DNA from: a bacterium
Lineage (GTDB): Bacteria > Desulfobacterota > S145-22
Length of the DNA stretch: 42,667 nt
Reading direction: 5' to 3'
Assembly (NCBI GenBank): GCA_027073795.1
Contig: JALTEW010000453.1
Location: 1 to 42,667 of the forward strand
Each line of letters starts with the position of its first letter. The stretch's first letter is position 1. The notes under the pieces were generated by a model. That model did not search any database. It was not told where the DNA came from and worked only from the letters and a program-made list of their open reading frames with translations. Position numbers and translations under genes: made by a program. Of the stretch, positions 9,781-21,099 are shown one piece after another.

Positions 9781-10395
9781 ATGACAGCTCATAAAAAGAT
9801 AAACAGATTGCGGATTTTCATTCTCTGTATCATCGGGGCCTTTGTCATTGCCATTTCAACGGTTATTTACATCAACGTGAAACTGAAAAATCTCGTAAAA
9901 ACCCCCAAAAACCTCGTGAAGCTATCCAGAAATATTCCCGACCTCCGGCTTGAAAACGTTCATTACGAAAAGACTAGAAAGGGCCAAACAGAGTGGTCAA
10001 TCGATGCCCGTGTCGCACACCACTTCGAGGGCAAAGACCTGCTGACCCTGGAAGTTGTAAAAATGCTTTATTACGGGATGCCAAAGAGAACGGTTCTTAT
10101 TGTTGGGAAACAGGGAAGAATCAAACCATCGACAAAGGATGTGGAGCTTCTGGGAGATGTTCACATAAAGAGCAGTGACGGGTACAAGCTCCGGACCAAT
10201 TCCCTCAAATATTCGTCGAAAACTTCACTGATTACCACCAATGACCGGGTCTTTATCAGCGGCAAATCCTTTAATATCTCAGGCGTGGGGATGGAAATGA
10301 ACATCAAAGATGACAGATTGAGCATTTTGCACGCTGTTCAAACGACCTTAAAGAGAAACTTCGTCAAGGGAGGTATCCCAAAGCTGGGGTTTTAA
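9781..10395 (+). CDS. lptC: LPS export system protein LptC
   Basis: 204 aa with a single N-terminal TM anchor and a beta-jellyroll-like body. Its position immediately upstream of lptA-lptB is conserved. Confidence 0.75.
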   Translation: MTAHKKINRLRIFILCIIGAFVIAISTVIYINVKLKNLVKTPKNLVKLSRNIPDLRLENVHYEKTRKGQTEWSIDARVAHHFEGKDLLTLEVVKMLYYGMPKRTVLIVGKQGRIKPSTKDVELLGDVHIKSSDGYKLRTNSLKYSSKTSLITTNDRVFISGKSFNISGVGMEMNIKDDRLSILHAVQTTLKRNFVKGGIPKLGF

Positions 10396-10953
10396 ATGAA
10401 GAAATCTATCATCCTTTTCATAATGATCGGACTGTTAGGAATCTCTCTTCCCCTTTCCGCCTCAAAGCGCAAAGCCACATCTGCGAAAAAAGTTAACAAA
10501 AAGCCGTCTTTATCGAAGCGCATGTTCAATTCTGAGGGGCCGATTCACATCATCTCAAACCGCCTGGATGCCGACAACAAGAAACGGGTGATTACATTTT
10601 CCGGGCATGTGGTTGCGAAGCGTTCCAATCTGACCCTCACATGTAACAAACTGACGGTGCTTTACGTCGCAAAAGGTGGCGAAATCTCTAAAATAACGGC
10701 CAAGGGCAGGGTCGTTATCAAACAACCCCCTCGCCTGGCAACGTGTGAAACAGCCATCTTTTTTCAGAAAAGCAACAAGGTTGTCCTGATGGGAAGCCCT
10801 GTACTCTCAGAAGGCAAGAACAGGGTCAGTGGTGATAAAGTGACTTTCTTTCTAGACAGTGATAAAACCATTATCGAGGGAGGAAAGAAAGGAAGGGTCA
10901 GCACAACGATTGTCCCAAAATCCCAGGCAGTCCCTTTCAAGGCCAAACCATGA
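10396..10953 (+). CDS. lptA: LPS transport periplasmic protein LptA (OstA-like)
   Basis: 185 aa with a signal peptide and an OstA-type repeat pattern (ADNKKRVITFSGHVV ... GDKVTFFLDSDK). Confidence 0.8.
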   Translation: MKKSIILFIMIGLLGISLPLSASKRKATSAKKVNKKPSLSKRMFNSEGPIHIISNRLDADNKKRVITFSGHVVAKRSNLTLTCNKLTVLYVAKGGEISKITAKGRVVIKQPPRLATCETAIFFQKSNKVVLMGSPVLSEGKNRVSGDKVTFFLDSDKTIIEGGKKGRVSTTIVPKSQAVPFKAKP

Positions 10954-11717
10954 GCACACTCAAAGCTCAAAATCTGGTTAAGAGATTCGGGAAGAAAGTG
11001 GTGATTCGTGGGGCTTCTTTAAACGTCCATTCTGGTGAAGTCGTTGGTTTACTAGGCCCGAACGGTGCTGGTAAAACAACCATTTTCTATATGATCGTGG
11101 GACTCATCAAACCTACACAGGGCTACATCATCTTTGACGGGGAAGATATTACCCCCTTCCCCATGTATCTGAGGGCCAGACGGGGGATCAGCTATCTCCC
11201 TCAGGAATCCTCAGCGTTCCGAAAATTAACGGTAGAAGAAAACATCCTTGCCATCCTGGAAACACTCGACCTCCCTAAACCAGAAAAAAAGAGGAAATTA
11301 AACAGTCTCCTGGGTGAGCTTAACCTTCGACCCATTGCGGACCGCAAGGCCTTTCTCCTTTCCGGCGGAGAGAGAAGGCGTGTGGAAATCACTCGTGCCC
11401 TTGTTCTGTCACCAAAATTCATCCTTCTCGATGAACCCTTCGCCGGCATCGATCCCATTGCCGTAGGGGACATTAAAGCCATTGTCCAGCACCTCAAGGA
11501 AAATGGCATCGGAACCATTATTACAGACCATAATGTAAGAGAAACACTTGGGGTTTGCGACCGAGCCTATCTTATCAATCAAGGCAAAATCCTGATGCAT
11601 GGCACACCCCATGAGATAACATCAGATCCCATTGCCAGAAAGATTTATCTTGGGGAAGATTTTTCTCTTCCAGAAAACATGACCAGCCCAACCAGCCAGG
11701 TGGGGGGACAGAGGTAG
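10950..11717 (+). CDS. lptB: LPS export ABC transporter ATP-binding protein LptB
   Basis: Walker A GPNGAGKTT, signature LSGGERRRVEI and Walker B ILLDEPFAGIDP. Confidence 0.92.
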   Translation: MSTLKAQNLVKRFGKKVVIRGASLNVHSGEVVGLLGPNGAGKTTIFYMIVGLIKPTQGYIIFDGEDITPFPMYLRARRGISYLPQESSAFRKLTVEENILAILETLDLPKPEKKRKLNSLLGELNLRPIADRKAFLLSGGERRRVEITRALVLSPKFILLDEPFAGIDPIAVGDIKAIVQHLKENGIGTIITDHNVRETLGVCDRAYLINQGKILMHGTPHEITSDPIARKIYLGEDFSLPENMTSPTSQVGGQR

Positions 11718-11732
11718 AATCGGGAACCACTC

Positions 11733-13160
11733 ATGGCACTTGAAATCAAACAGCAGCTCAAATTAACCCAGCAACTGGTTATGACACCCCAATTACAGCA
11801 GGCATTGAAACTGCTGCAGATGTCACGACTCGAATTGCTGCAAACCATACGCCAAGAGATCCTTGAAAACCCTGTTCTCACGGATGAAGTGGAATCAGCA
11901 GAAATTCCAGAGGAATCCATCCCCGACGTTGAAAAGGAAATCCCGGACGCAGAAATGGAAATGCTGATGGACTTCAATTGGGAAGCCTATATGGACAGCC
12001 ACAGCCTTTCCACCTCCTACCCCAATTCCTATGAAATGTCTGAGCCCTCACCTAATTACGAGAATTTTATCCAGGCCCGGTCCTCACTGTACAAAGATCT
12101 CCTTTGGCAATGGAGGCTGAACTGCCAGGATGACCGAAGCTTTGAAATTGGAAAATATATCATAGGTAACCTTAATGAAAACGGATACCTAAGCGCAGAT
12201 TTTGAAGACGTTTCTAAAGATTTAAAGCCCCTAAATCCCACAAGAGATGAATTTGAGGCAACCCTATCCCTGATTCAACAATTAGACCCACTGGGAATCG
12301 CAGCCCGAGATCTCACTGAATGCCTCCTTATCCAGTTAAACAATAAAACCCCGAAGAATCCCCTGGCCGAAGAAATCGTAAAAAACCATCTGACGCTTCT
12401 GAAACGAAGAGATATTCCCAAACTGGCCAAGAAACTCTCCGAATCACCAGAGAAAATTACGGAAGCCATTCAACTCATCTGCGAACTGGACCCAAAACCG
12501 GGGAGAACCTATACCCAGGACCCCATTTACCATGTCATTCCTGATGTTTATGTTTACAAAGCAGACAATGAATTTCTTATCGTTCTCAACAACGAGGATA
12601 TCCCCACCCTGCAGATCAACCCGCTTTACCGGGCGCTTCTACGCAAAAAAGAAGAGCTTTCTAAAGAGGCCCGTGAGTTCATAGAGAAAAAGATGCGCTC
12701 CGCCATTTGGCTCATAAAAACCATCCAGCAACGGCATAAGACTATTTACAGGGTCACGGAAAGTATTGTACGTTTCCAGCAGGATTTCCTTGAAAAGGGT
12801 GTCCAGTTTCTCAAGCCTATGATTCTCAAGGATGTGGCCAATGACATCGGTATGCATGAATCCACCGTGAGTCGCGTGACTCAGGGTAAATACATCTCCA
12901 CACCCCAGGGATTGTACGAGTTCAAATTCTTCTTCACCAGCGGTGTCAGATCCACGCGTGGGCCGGACATCTCCGCTGAAAGTGTGAAACATATGATTCG
13001 CCAAGTCGTCATGAACGAAGACCCCAAAAATCCACTCAGCGACGAGCAGATCGTCAAGCTTCTGTCCCGGTATCACATAAAAATAGCAAGGAGGACCGTT
13101 GCAAAATACAGGGAAGCCATGAAGATCCTGCCATCCAAGGACCGAAAAAAAAACTTCTAA
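11733..13160 (+). CDS. rpoN: RNA polymerase sigma-54 factor
   Basis: 475 aa with the region I Gln/Leu-rich N-terminus (LKLTQQLVMTPQLQQALKLLQMS), an HTH, and the RpoN box ARRTVAKYRE. Confidence 0.96.
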   Translation: MALEIKQQLKLTQQLVMTPQLQQALKLLQMSRLELLQTIRQEILENPVLTDEVESAEIPEESIPDVEKEIPDAEMEMLMDFNWEAYMDSHSLSTSYPNSYEMSEPSPNYENFIQARSSLYKDLLWQWRLNCQDDRSFEIGKYIIGNLNENGYLSADFEDVSKDLKPLNPTRDEFEATLSLIQQLDPLGIAARDLTECLLIQLNNKTPKNPLAEEIVKNHLTLLKRRDIPKLAKKLSESPEKITEAIQLICELDPKPGRTYTQDPIYHVIPDVYVYKADNEFLIVLNNEDIPTLQINPLYRALLRKKEELSKEAREFIEKKMRSAIWLIKTIQQRHKTIYRVTESIVRFQQDFLEKGVQFLKPMILKDVANDIGMHESTVSRVTQGKYISTPQGLYEFKFFFTSGVRSTRGPDISAESVKHMIRQVVMNEDPKNPLSDEQIVKLLSRYHIKIARRTVAKYREAMKILPSKDRKKNF

Positions 13161-13172
13161 CAGGAGGGCACA

Positions 13173-13703
13173 ATGGACACACATTTAACGTTCCGTCACA
13201 TGGAATCAACCGATGCAATCAAAGATTATACAGAAAACAAGCTTGAAAAAATTAAAAAGTACGTCCAGGAACCTCTGGACATCCATGTGATTTTTTCGAA
13301 AGAAAGGTTTCAATACCTCATAGAAATTAACCTTTCAGGGAACGGGTTAGAACTTCACGCGGAAGACAGGAATGAAGACCTCTATGCTGCCATAGACCTG
13401 GTTATGGATAAGGTGGAAAGACAATTAAGAAGGCTAAGAGATAAGCGAAAAAATAAAAAATCACCCAGCAGCGATCGTTCTTTCAAACCTGCCGTGCTGG
13501 AGCAGGATATGTCACAGAAAACCCCAAAAATAGTAAAATCCAAGGCCTTTGTCGCAACTCCCCTGACTATAACGGAGGCCATAGATGAACTTGAAGGGGA
13601 TTCAAAGACCTTTCTGGTGTTTACCAGCGCGGAAACGTCGCGTATCAATGTTCTGTACAAGCGAGGGGATGGAAACTTTGGGCTGATAGACCCAACAGAA
13701 TAA
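13173..13703 (+). CDS. hpf: ribosome hibernation promoting factor, long form
   Basis: 176 aa with a sigma-54 modulation protein/S30EA N-domain and a C-terminal dimerisation domain (FLVFTSAETSRINVLYKRGDGNFGLI). Confidence 0.9.
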   Translation: MDTHLTFRHMESTDAIKDYTENKLEKIKKYVQEPLDIHVIFSKERFQYLIEINLSGNGLELHAEDRNEDLYAAIDLVMDKVERQLRRLRDKRKNKKSPSSDRSFKPAVLEQDMSQKTPKIVKSKAFVATPLTITEAIDELEGDSKTFLVFTSAETSRINVLYKRGDGNFGLIDPTE

Positions 13704-13714
13704 GAGAGGGAAAC

Positions 13715-14173
13715 ATGAAAATTGTCGATTTTTTAAAACCTGAATTGATTATTGAAGACATTGTAGCCCAGGACAAGCAGGAAATGCTCAAGGAATTCTC
13801 TCAACTCCTTGAGAAAACCATCGGGCTCAAGGCGGACAAGGTTTTTAATGTCTTGACGGAACGGGAGAAACTTGGGAGTACCGGCATTGGTGAAGGTGTG
13901 GCAATTCCTCACGGGAAACTTCGTGATATCACGGAGCTCGTCTGTTGTTTTGGAAGAAGTCAGAAGGGCATAGAATTTGATGCCATCGACGGCAAACCCG
14001 TCCACCTTATATTTCTCCTTCTGGCTCCTGAGAATTCCGCAGGAACCCACTTGAAAGCCCTTGCAAAGATATCCAAGATATTGAAAGACCCCAACTTTCG
14101 AAAGCAACTCCTGGAAACGAAAGGTGCAGAACAACTTTACCAAATTATTAAGGAGGAAGATGACAAATTATAG
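13715..14173 (+). CDS. ptsN: PTS(Ntr) EIIA component
   Basis: 152 aa, EIIA(Fru/Ntr)-type, with the active-site region STGIGEGVAIPHGK. Confidence 0.85.
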   Translation: MKIVDFLKPELIIEDIVAQDKQEMLKEFSQLLEKTIGLKADKVFNVLTEREKLGSTGIGEGVAIPHGKLRDITELVCCFGRSQKGIEFDAIDGKPVHLIFLLLAPENSAGTHLKALAKISKILKDPNFRKQLLETKGAEQLYQIIKEEDDKL

Positions 14174-15128
14174 CGATGCGACCATCGACACCACCATTGA
14201 GGTTAAGGAACTTTTTGAAAACCCGGACAGAAAATTCGAGCTGCAGCTTTTAGCCGGTAAAAAGGGCCTCAATCGGGAAATTAAAGACCCTCATATCCAG
14301 AAACTGGGGTTGGTTCTCGCAGGCGAATTCCACTATCTCAACCCACACCGTATTCAATTATTTGGCAACAAGGAAATCACCTATCTCAATGGCCTGACTG
14401 AAGAAACTCAAAAAGATATCCTCGAAAAGATGGGGGAGAAAAACCCCTGCTGTTTTATTATTTCAAGGGGCATGTCGGCACCTGAAAACCTCATCAATGC
14501 CTGTAACCATCGCAATATTCCCCTTTTTTTAAGCCCCCTAAAAACATCGCAACTCATTGATTACCTTAGCCAGTTCTTGAAAGAACGTATGGCTCCAACC
14601 ACGACAGTTCATGGCGTTCTGCTGGATGTGTTTGGGGTCGGAGTTCTCATCTTGGGGAAAAGCGGCATTGGAAAAAGTGAGTGTGCTTTGGACCTCATCA
14701 CTCGTGGGCATCGCCTGGTCTCAGACGACGTCGTCAAAATCATACAAACAGAACCCACAACCCTTTTCGGAACAAGCTTCAATCTCATCAAAAATCTCAT
14801 GGAAATTAGAGGATTAGGCATCATCAATATCCGGGATCTCTTTGGCGTGGAAGCCATCAGAAAAAGAAAAAAAATAGACCTGGTTGTGGAATTAGTGGAC
14901 TGGCTATCTATTGAAAAACCGGAAAGGCTGGGACTGGATCAAAAAACGTTAAAGATCCTGAATGTAGACATGCCTTTTATTCGCATCCCTGTGACACCAG
15001 GTAGAAACCTGACGACTATTATCGAGGTGGCCGCCAGGAACCATATCCTAAGAATCAGCGGCATCCTGACACCTATGGAGCTAGAAAAGCACCTGTTAAA
15101 AAAAATGCGGGAAGAACCCCATGGCTAA
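14160..15128 (+). CDS. hprK: HPr kinase/phosphorylase
   Basis: Start set at ATG 14160, preceded by AAGGAGGA. It carries the P-loop GKSGIGKSECALDL and the signature LMEIRGLGIINI. Confidence 0.9.
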   Translation: MTNYSDATIDTTIEVKELFENPDRKFELQLLAGKKGLNREIKDPHIQKLGLVLAGEFHYLNPHRIQLFGNKEITYLNGLTEETQKDILEKMGEKNPCCFIISRGMSAPENLINACNHRNIPLFLSPLKTSQLIDYLSQFLKERMAPTTTVHGVLLDVFGVGVLILGKSGIGKSECALDLITRGHRLVSDDVVKIIQTEPTTLFGTSFNLIKNLMEIRGLGIINIRDLFGVEAIRKRKKIDLVVELVDWLSIEKPERLGLDQKTLKILNVDMPFIRIPVTPGRNLTTIIEVAARNHILRISGILTPMELEKHLLKKMREEPHG

Positions 15129-16005
15129 AAAAAACACCCCCTTTCAAATTGTCTGGATTAGTGGGCTTTCAGGATCAGGAAAAACTACCGCGATAAAGGC
15201 GCTAGAGGACATCGGGTATTTCTGTATCGACAACCTTCCCATTATTCTCCTTCCTACCTTTATCAATCTTATAAAGAATTCGAAACTCGACATCAACAAA
15301 ATAGGCCTTGTTGTCGATATCAGGGAAAAGGAATTCTTGAAAGACGCAAAAAAGGTTCTCGCTCAAATAAAAAATTTGAACGCAACACTCAGGATATTTT
15401 TTCTTGAATCGTCTGATGATGCTCTCATTACACGCTTCAAAACGACACGGAGACAGCATCCCCTGGCCCCTACCGGCAAAATTATCGACGGGATTCAGCT
15501 GGAAAGGGAAAACCTCTCTTTTTTAAAAGAAATGTCGGATCAAATTATCGACACCTCAAACCTCTCGATTCATGAATTGAGAAAACGTATCATTAACACA
15601 TTCGCACAGGAAGATTCCCAACCCGCCATGTCGTTAACCTTTCTCTCGTTCGGGTTTAAATACGGGTTGCCTGCAGAGCTCGACCTGCTTTTCGATGTGC
15701 GTTTTCTGCCCAATCCCTTTTTTGTGGAAACCCTCAAAAACTTGACAGGTCTGGATGAATCTGTTAAAAGATTTGTTCTTAACAATAGCGTTGCGAAGGA
15801 ATTCCTGTCCCATGTTGAGGGGTTCTTGAAATTTCTCATCCCTCAATACCATGAGGAAGGAAAGGCCTACTTAACGATAGGGATAGGTTGCACGGGGGGT
15901 GTTCATCGATCCGTAGCGATTGCACGTGAATTAAAAGACCGATTCTTGAAAAATTTAAAGGGTTCATCCATTCTCATCAGGGATGAATTCAGGGATGTTG
16001 GATAG
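15121..16005 (+). CDS. rapZ: RNase adapter protein RapZ (YhbJ)
   Basis: 294 aa with P-loop GLSGSGKT, FDVRFLPNPF and the C-terminal GCTGGVHRSV motif. Confidence 0.9.
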   Translation: MAKKNTPFQIVWISGLSGSGKTTAIKALEDIGYFCIDNLPIILLPTFINLIKNSKLDINKIGLVVDIREKEFLKDAKKVLAQIKNLNATLRIFFLESSDDALITRFKTTRRQHPLAPTGKIIDGIQLERENLSFLKEMSDQIIDTSNLSIHELRKRIINTFAQEDSQPAMSLTFLSFGFKYGLPAELDLLFDVRFLPNPFFVETLKNLTGLDESVKRFVLNNSVAKEFLSHVEGFLKFLIPQYHEEGKAYLTIGIGCTGGVHRSVAIARELKDRFLKNLKGSSILIRDEFRDVG

Positions 16006-16008
16006 GTC

Positions 16009-16434
16009 ATGAAAGGAATTGTCATCGTCTGCCACGGTGATCTCGCCGATGGGTTTGTAAGTGCGGCTAACATGATTCTCGGGGAAAGCGAGAATTTGAA
16101 AACCGTTTCAGTAGATGTTACACAGGAACCTGAAACAATCCAGGAAACCGTGCATAAAGCCATCCAGGCGGTCAACAAAGAAGATGGCGTAATTATCTTG
16201 ACCGATCTGTTTGGCGGGACCCCAACCAATGTATGCCTCCCCTTCCTCGAGCCCGGTGAGATAGAGATTATAACCGGCATCAACCTCTCCGTTGTGGTCA
16301 AACTTTTGAAGGACCGGGACAAATATCCCATCAAAGAGCTCAAGGAAAAACTGGTTCAGAGCGCCATAAAGAATATTCAAGATCCCTCGGATGTCCTTAA
16401 CCTTGGAAAAACAAACCAAACCCCAAAAAATTAA
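16009..16434 (+). CDS. PTS EIIA component, mannose/fructose (ManX) family
   Basis: 141 aa. The N-terminus MKGIVIVCHGDLA carries the phospho-His, and LTDLFGGTP is also present. Confidence 0.8.
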   Translation: MKGIVIVCHGDLADGFVSAANMILGESENLKTVSVDVTQEPETIQETVHKAIQAVNKEDGVIILTDLFGGTPTNVCLPFLEPGEIEIITGINLSVVVKLLKDRDKYPIKELKEKLVQSAIKNIQDPSDVLNLGKTNQTPKN

Positions 16435-16693
16435 GAAAACGCTGACCATACAAAATCAATTAGGGCTTCACGCAAGGGCCGCGGCCGAGTTGGTGAAGGT
16501 CACGAGCGAATTTCGTTCGGAAGTCATCCTAAACAAGAATGGACTTCAGGTGAACGGGAAAAGTATCATGGGAATCATGATGTTAGCGGCTTCAAAGGGA
16601 ACAAAGGTGGTGGTCTCCATTGAAGGGCCTGATGCCGAGGAATGTATGGAAGCGGTGGAAAAAATATTCAACGATAAATTTGGGGAGGACTGA
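16391..16693 (+). CDS. ptsH: phosphocarrier protein HPr/NPr
   Basis: The LTIQNQLGLHARAAAELV region contains the His-15 site, and NGKSIMGIMMLAASKG contains the Ser-46 site targeted by HprK. The start is uncertain: ATG 16391 or TTG 16403. Both overlap the EIIA gene. Confidence 0.85.
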   Translation: MSLTLEKQTKPQKIKKTLTIQNQLGLHARAAAELVKVTSEFRSEVILNKNGLQVNGKSIMGIMMLAASKGTKVVVSIEGPDAEECMEAVEKIFNDKFGED

Positions 16694-16714
16694 TTTTTTC
16701 AACGCTGTTACAGG

Positions 16715-16743
16715 TTGAAAGTTTGTAAATTTAATGTTATACA
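16715..16743 (+). promoter_or_regulatory. sigma70-type promoter candidate (TTGAAA-17 nt-TATACA) upstream of metK
   Basis: Hexamers with 17-nt spacing about 60 nt upstream of the metK RBS AAAGGAGG. They are embedded in a CAGGTTG/CAACCTG inverted repeat. Confidence 0.35.
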
Positions 16744-16801
16744 ACCTGAGTTTAAAAAGCACCGCGCAAGCTAAAACCATCAATTAAAGGAGGATAATTT
16801 A

Positions 16802-17971
16802 ATGTCCATGACCAACTTCTTGTTTACCTCAGAATCCGTTACCGAAGGACATCCCGATAAGGTAGCAGATCAGATATCTGACGCGATTCTCGATGCAATC
16901 CTGAAAGACGACCCGGTTGGAAGGGTTGCATGCGAAACACTCGTGACCACGGGAATGGCACTCATTGCAGGAGAAATCACAACAAGCTGTTATGTCGACA
17001 TACCAGAGGTCGTACGAAGCACGATCAAGGAAATCGGCTACAATGATTCCTCCATGGGATTCGATTGGGAAACCTGTGCTGTGATCACATCCATCGACAA
17101 ACAATCCCCCGATATTTCCATTGGTGTAAGCGAATACGAAGGCCTTTATAAGGAACAGGGCGCGGGAGACCAGGGCCTGATGTTTGGGTTTGCCTGCGAC
17201 GAAACGACAGAACTGATGCCCATGCCCATCGTTTATGCGCACCGCCTTACACAACGCCTCGCAGAGATCAGGAAACAGGGCATCGTGGAATTCCTCCGTC
17301 CGGATGGTAAATCCCAAGTCACTGTCGAATACCAGAACAGCCATCCGGTAAGAATCGATGCTGTCGTTCTTTCCGCACAGCACACACCATATGTAAAATA
17401 CGAAACTATTCGTGAAGCACTTATTGAGGAAGTCATCAAAAAGGTGCTCCCTGCCGATATGCTGGATAAAGACACCAAATACTATGTCAACCCCACGGGG
17501 CGCTTTGTCATGGGAGGCCCCCACGCCGATTGTGGCCTGACGGGCAGGAAAATTATCGTTGACACATACGGTGGCCAGGGGAGCCACGGGGGAGGCGCTT
17601 TTTCCGGAAAGGACCCCTCAAAGGTGGACCGAAGTGCTTCTTACATGGCGCGATATATCGCCAAGAATATCGTCGCTGCGGGCCTCGCGAACAGGTGCGA
17701 AGTGCAAATGGCATATGCCATTGGCGTGGCCGAACCGGTCTCCGTTATGATTAACACCTTTGGCACCTCTAAAACACCCCCGGATACTATCGCAAAAATT
17801 GTCATAGAAGCCTTCCCCTTGAAACCTGCTGCAATTATCAAGTATCTCGATCTTCTGCGACCCATCTACAAAAAAACGGCGTCCTATGGTCATTTTGGCA
17901 GAAACCTTCCCGAGTTTACATGGGAAAAAACAGACAAGGTTGACGAGCTGAAAAGGCTCGCCGGGCTTTAA
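16802..17971 (+). CDS. metK: S-adenosylmethionine synthetase
   Basis: 389 aa with [23 protein letters not shown] and [16 protein letters not shown]. Confidence 0.97.
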   Translation: MSMTNFLFTSESVTEGHPDKVADQISDAILDAILKDDPVGRVACETLVTTGMALIAGEITTSCYVDIPEVVRSTIKEIGYNDSSMGFDWETCAVITSIDKQSPDISIGVSEYEGLYKEQGAGDQGLMFGFACDETTELMPMPIVYAHRLTQRLAEIRKQGIVEFLRPDGKSQVTVEYQNSHPVRIDAVVLSAQHTPYVKYETIREALIEEVIKKVLPADMLDKDTKYYVNPTGRFVMGGPHADCGLTGRKIIVDTYGGQGSHGGGAFSGKDPSKVDRSASYMARYIAKNIVAAGLANRCEVQMAYAIGVAEPVSVMINTFGTSKTPPDTIAKIVIEAFPLKPAAIIKYLDLLRPIYKKTASYGHFGRNLPEFTWEKTDKVDELKRLAGL

Positions 17972-17987
17972 TCCAGCGAAAGGATAG

Positions 17988-19612
<1,625 letters not shown>

Positions 19613-19653
19613 AAAGACCTATATTTTTCATGGGAAATAGAGGGAGACAAAGA

Positions 19654-21099
19654 ATGGCTGAAACAACGCTGCAAGGCCTCATCCCCCCTCTCGAAAAACG
19701 TGGCGAACTCAAGCGTGTCTCAACCCAGGTTGATCCCATCCTAGAGATAAGCGAAATCAGCCAGCGTGTCTTCCACAAAAAAGGTCCCGCGCTCCTTTTC
19801 GAGCAAGTCAAAGGCTCCAGGTTCCCCGTCTTGACCAACCTCTTTGGAACCCGGAAAAGGGTCAAAATCCTCTTTGGAAATGCCATCGAGGAGTTGGGGG
19901 AAGTTATCTCAGAGATGCTCAACACTGAGTTTCCAACTACCCTGAAGGAAAGCCTTTCCCTCTTTCCAAAGCTGAAGTTCCTCAAGGCCCTGATCCCCAA
20001 AAAAGTCACCTCCCCAGCCTGCCAAGAGGTGGTTCTTCAAAAACCAGACCTTACCTCCCTTCCCATTCTGAAAACATGGCCCAAGGACGCGGGGCATTTT
20101 ATTACCCTTCCCCAAGTCATCACCCAGCACCCTGAAACAGGGACACGCAATGTTGGTATGTACCGCCTTCAGGTTTTTGATGAAGTGACTACCGGCATGC
20201 ACTGGCACCCTCATAAAGGAGGGGCCCGACATTTTGCCCAATACAAGAAACTGGGAAAGAAAATGCCCGTCTCTGTTGCGCTGGGTGGCGATCCCCTCCT
20301 AACCTACCTCGCTACCGCCCCTGTTCCGGAAGGAGTGGATGAATGGAACCTCGCAGGCCTCCTTCGAGGACAACGTATTCCCATTGCTCAGTGTCTCACC
20401 AATGACCTCTACGTTCCGGCGGAGGCCGACATTGTGCTGGAGGGATACATCGACCCGGAAGAACCATTAAGAACAGAGGGACCCTTTGGCGACCACACCG
20501 GTTTCTATTCTCCTCCTGAGCCCTTTCCCGTCTTCCATGTAACATGCATCACCCACAAGCGGCGCGCCATCTATCCAGCGACGGTCGTGGGGAAACCTCC
20601 CCTGGAAGATGCCATCCTTGGAAAGGCAACTGAAAAGTTTTTTCTCCCCATCATCCAAAAACTGCTCCCTGAAGTTGTCGACATGGATCTTCCTGTCCAC
20701 GGATGTTTCCATAACTTTGTACTCGTTTCCATCGACAAGCAATATCCTAAGCATGCGGCGAAGGTCGTTCATGCCCTCTGGGGGCTGGGCCAGATGATGT
20801 TCAGCAAATTCATCATAGTCTTTGATAAGGAAGCCAATATTCACGATTATGGGGAAGCCCTCTGGCGCATCGGAACCCACGTGGATCCGAAACGTGACAC
20901 CTTCCTGTCGGAGGGTCCCACAGACCTCCTCGACCATACCTCTCCACTTTCCTGTATTGGGGGAAAGATGGGGATTGATGCAACACGGAAGTGGCCTGAA
21001 GAAGGCTTTCAACGCCCCTGGCCCGATGAAGTGGAGATGTCGGAGGATATTGTCAGAACCATCACGGAGAAATGGAAGGACTATGGCCTCGATTCCTGA
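19654..21099 (+). CDS. UbiD-family (prenylated-FMN dependent) decarboxylase, likely in menaquinone/quinone biosynthesis
   Basis: Start set at ATG 19654 after AGAGGGAG. It shows UbiD family length and motifs (NVGMYRLQV, HWHPHKGGA, GPFGDHTGFY). Confidence 0.88.
   Translation: MAETTLQGLIPPLEKRGELKRVSTQVDPILEISEISQRVFHKKGPALLFEQVKGSRFPVLTNLFGTRKRVKILFGNAIEELGEVISEMLNTEFPTTLKESLSLFPKLKFLKALIPKKVTSPACQEVVLQKPDLTSLPILKTWPKDAGHFITLPQVITQHPETGTRNVGMYRLQVFDEVTTGMHWHPHKGGARHFAQYKKLGKKMPVSVALGGDPLLTYLATAPVPEGVDEWNLAGLLRGQRIPIAQCLTNDLYVPAEADIVLEGYIDPEEPLRTEGPFGDHTGFYSPPEPFPVFHVTCITHKRRAIYPATVVGKPPLEDAILGKATEKFFLPIIQKLLPEVVDMDLPVHGCFHNFVLVSIDKQYPKHAAKVVHALWGLGQMMFSKFIIVFDKEANIHDYGEALWRIGTHVDPKRDTFLSEGPTDLLDHTSPLSCIGGKMGIDATRKWPEEGFQRPWPDEVEMSEDIVRTITEKWKDYGLDS

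Noticed and set aside
12639-13184. 181-aa ORF antisense to rpoN
   Set aside because: It is embedded opposite the conserved rpoN C-terminus (RpoN box region). It is a shadow ORF.
16829-17587. 252-aa ORF antisense to metK
   Set aside because: It lies entirely inside the unmistakable metK frame on the opposite strand. It has no RBS and an odd composition, so it is a shadow ORF.
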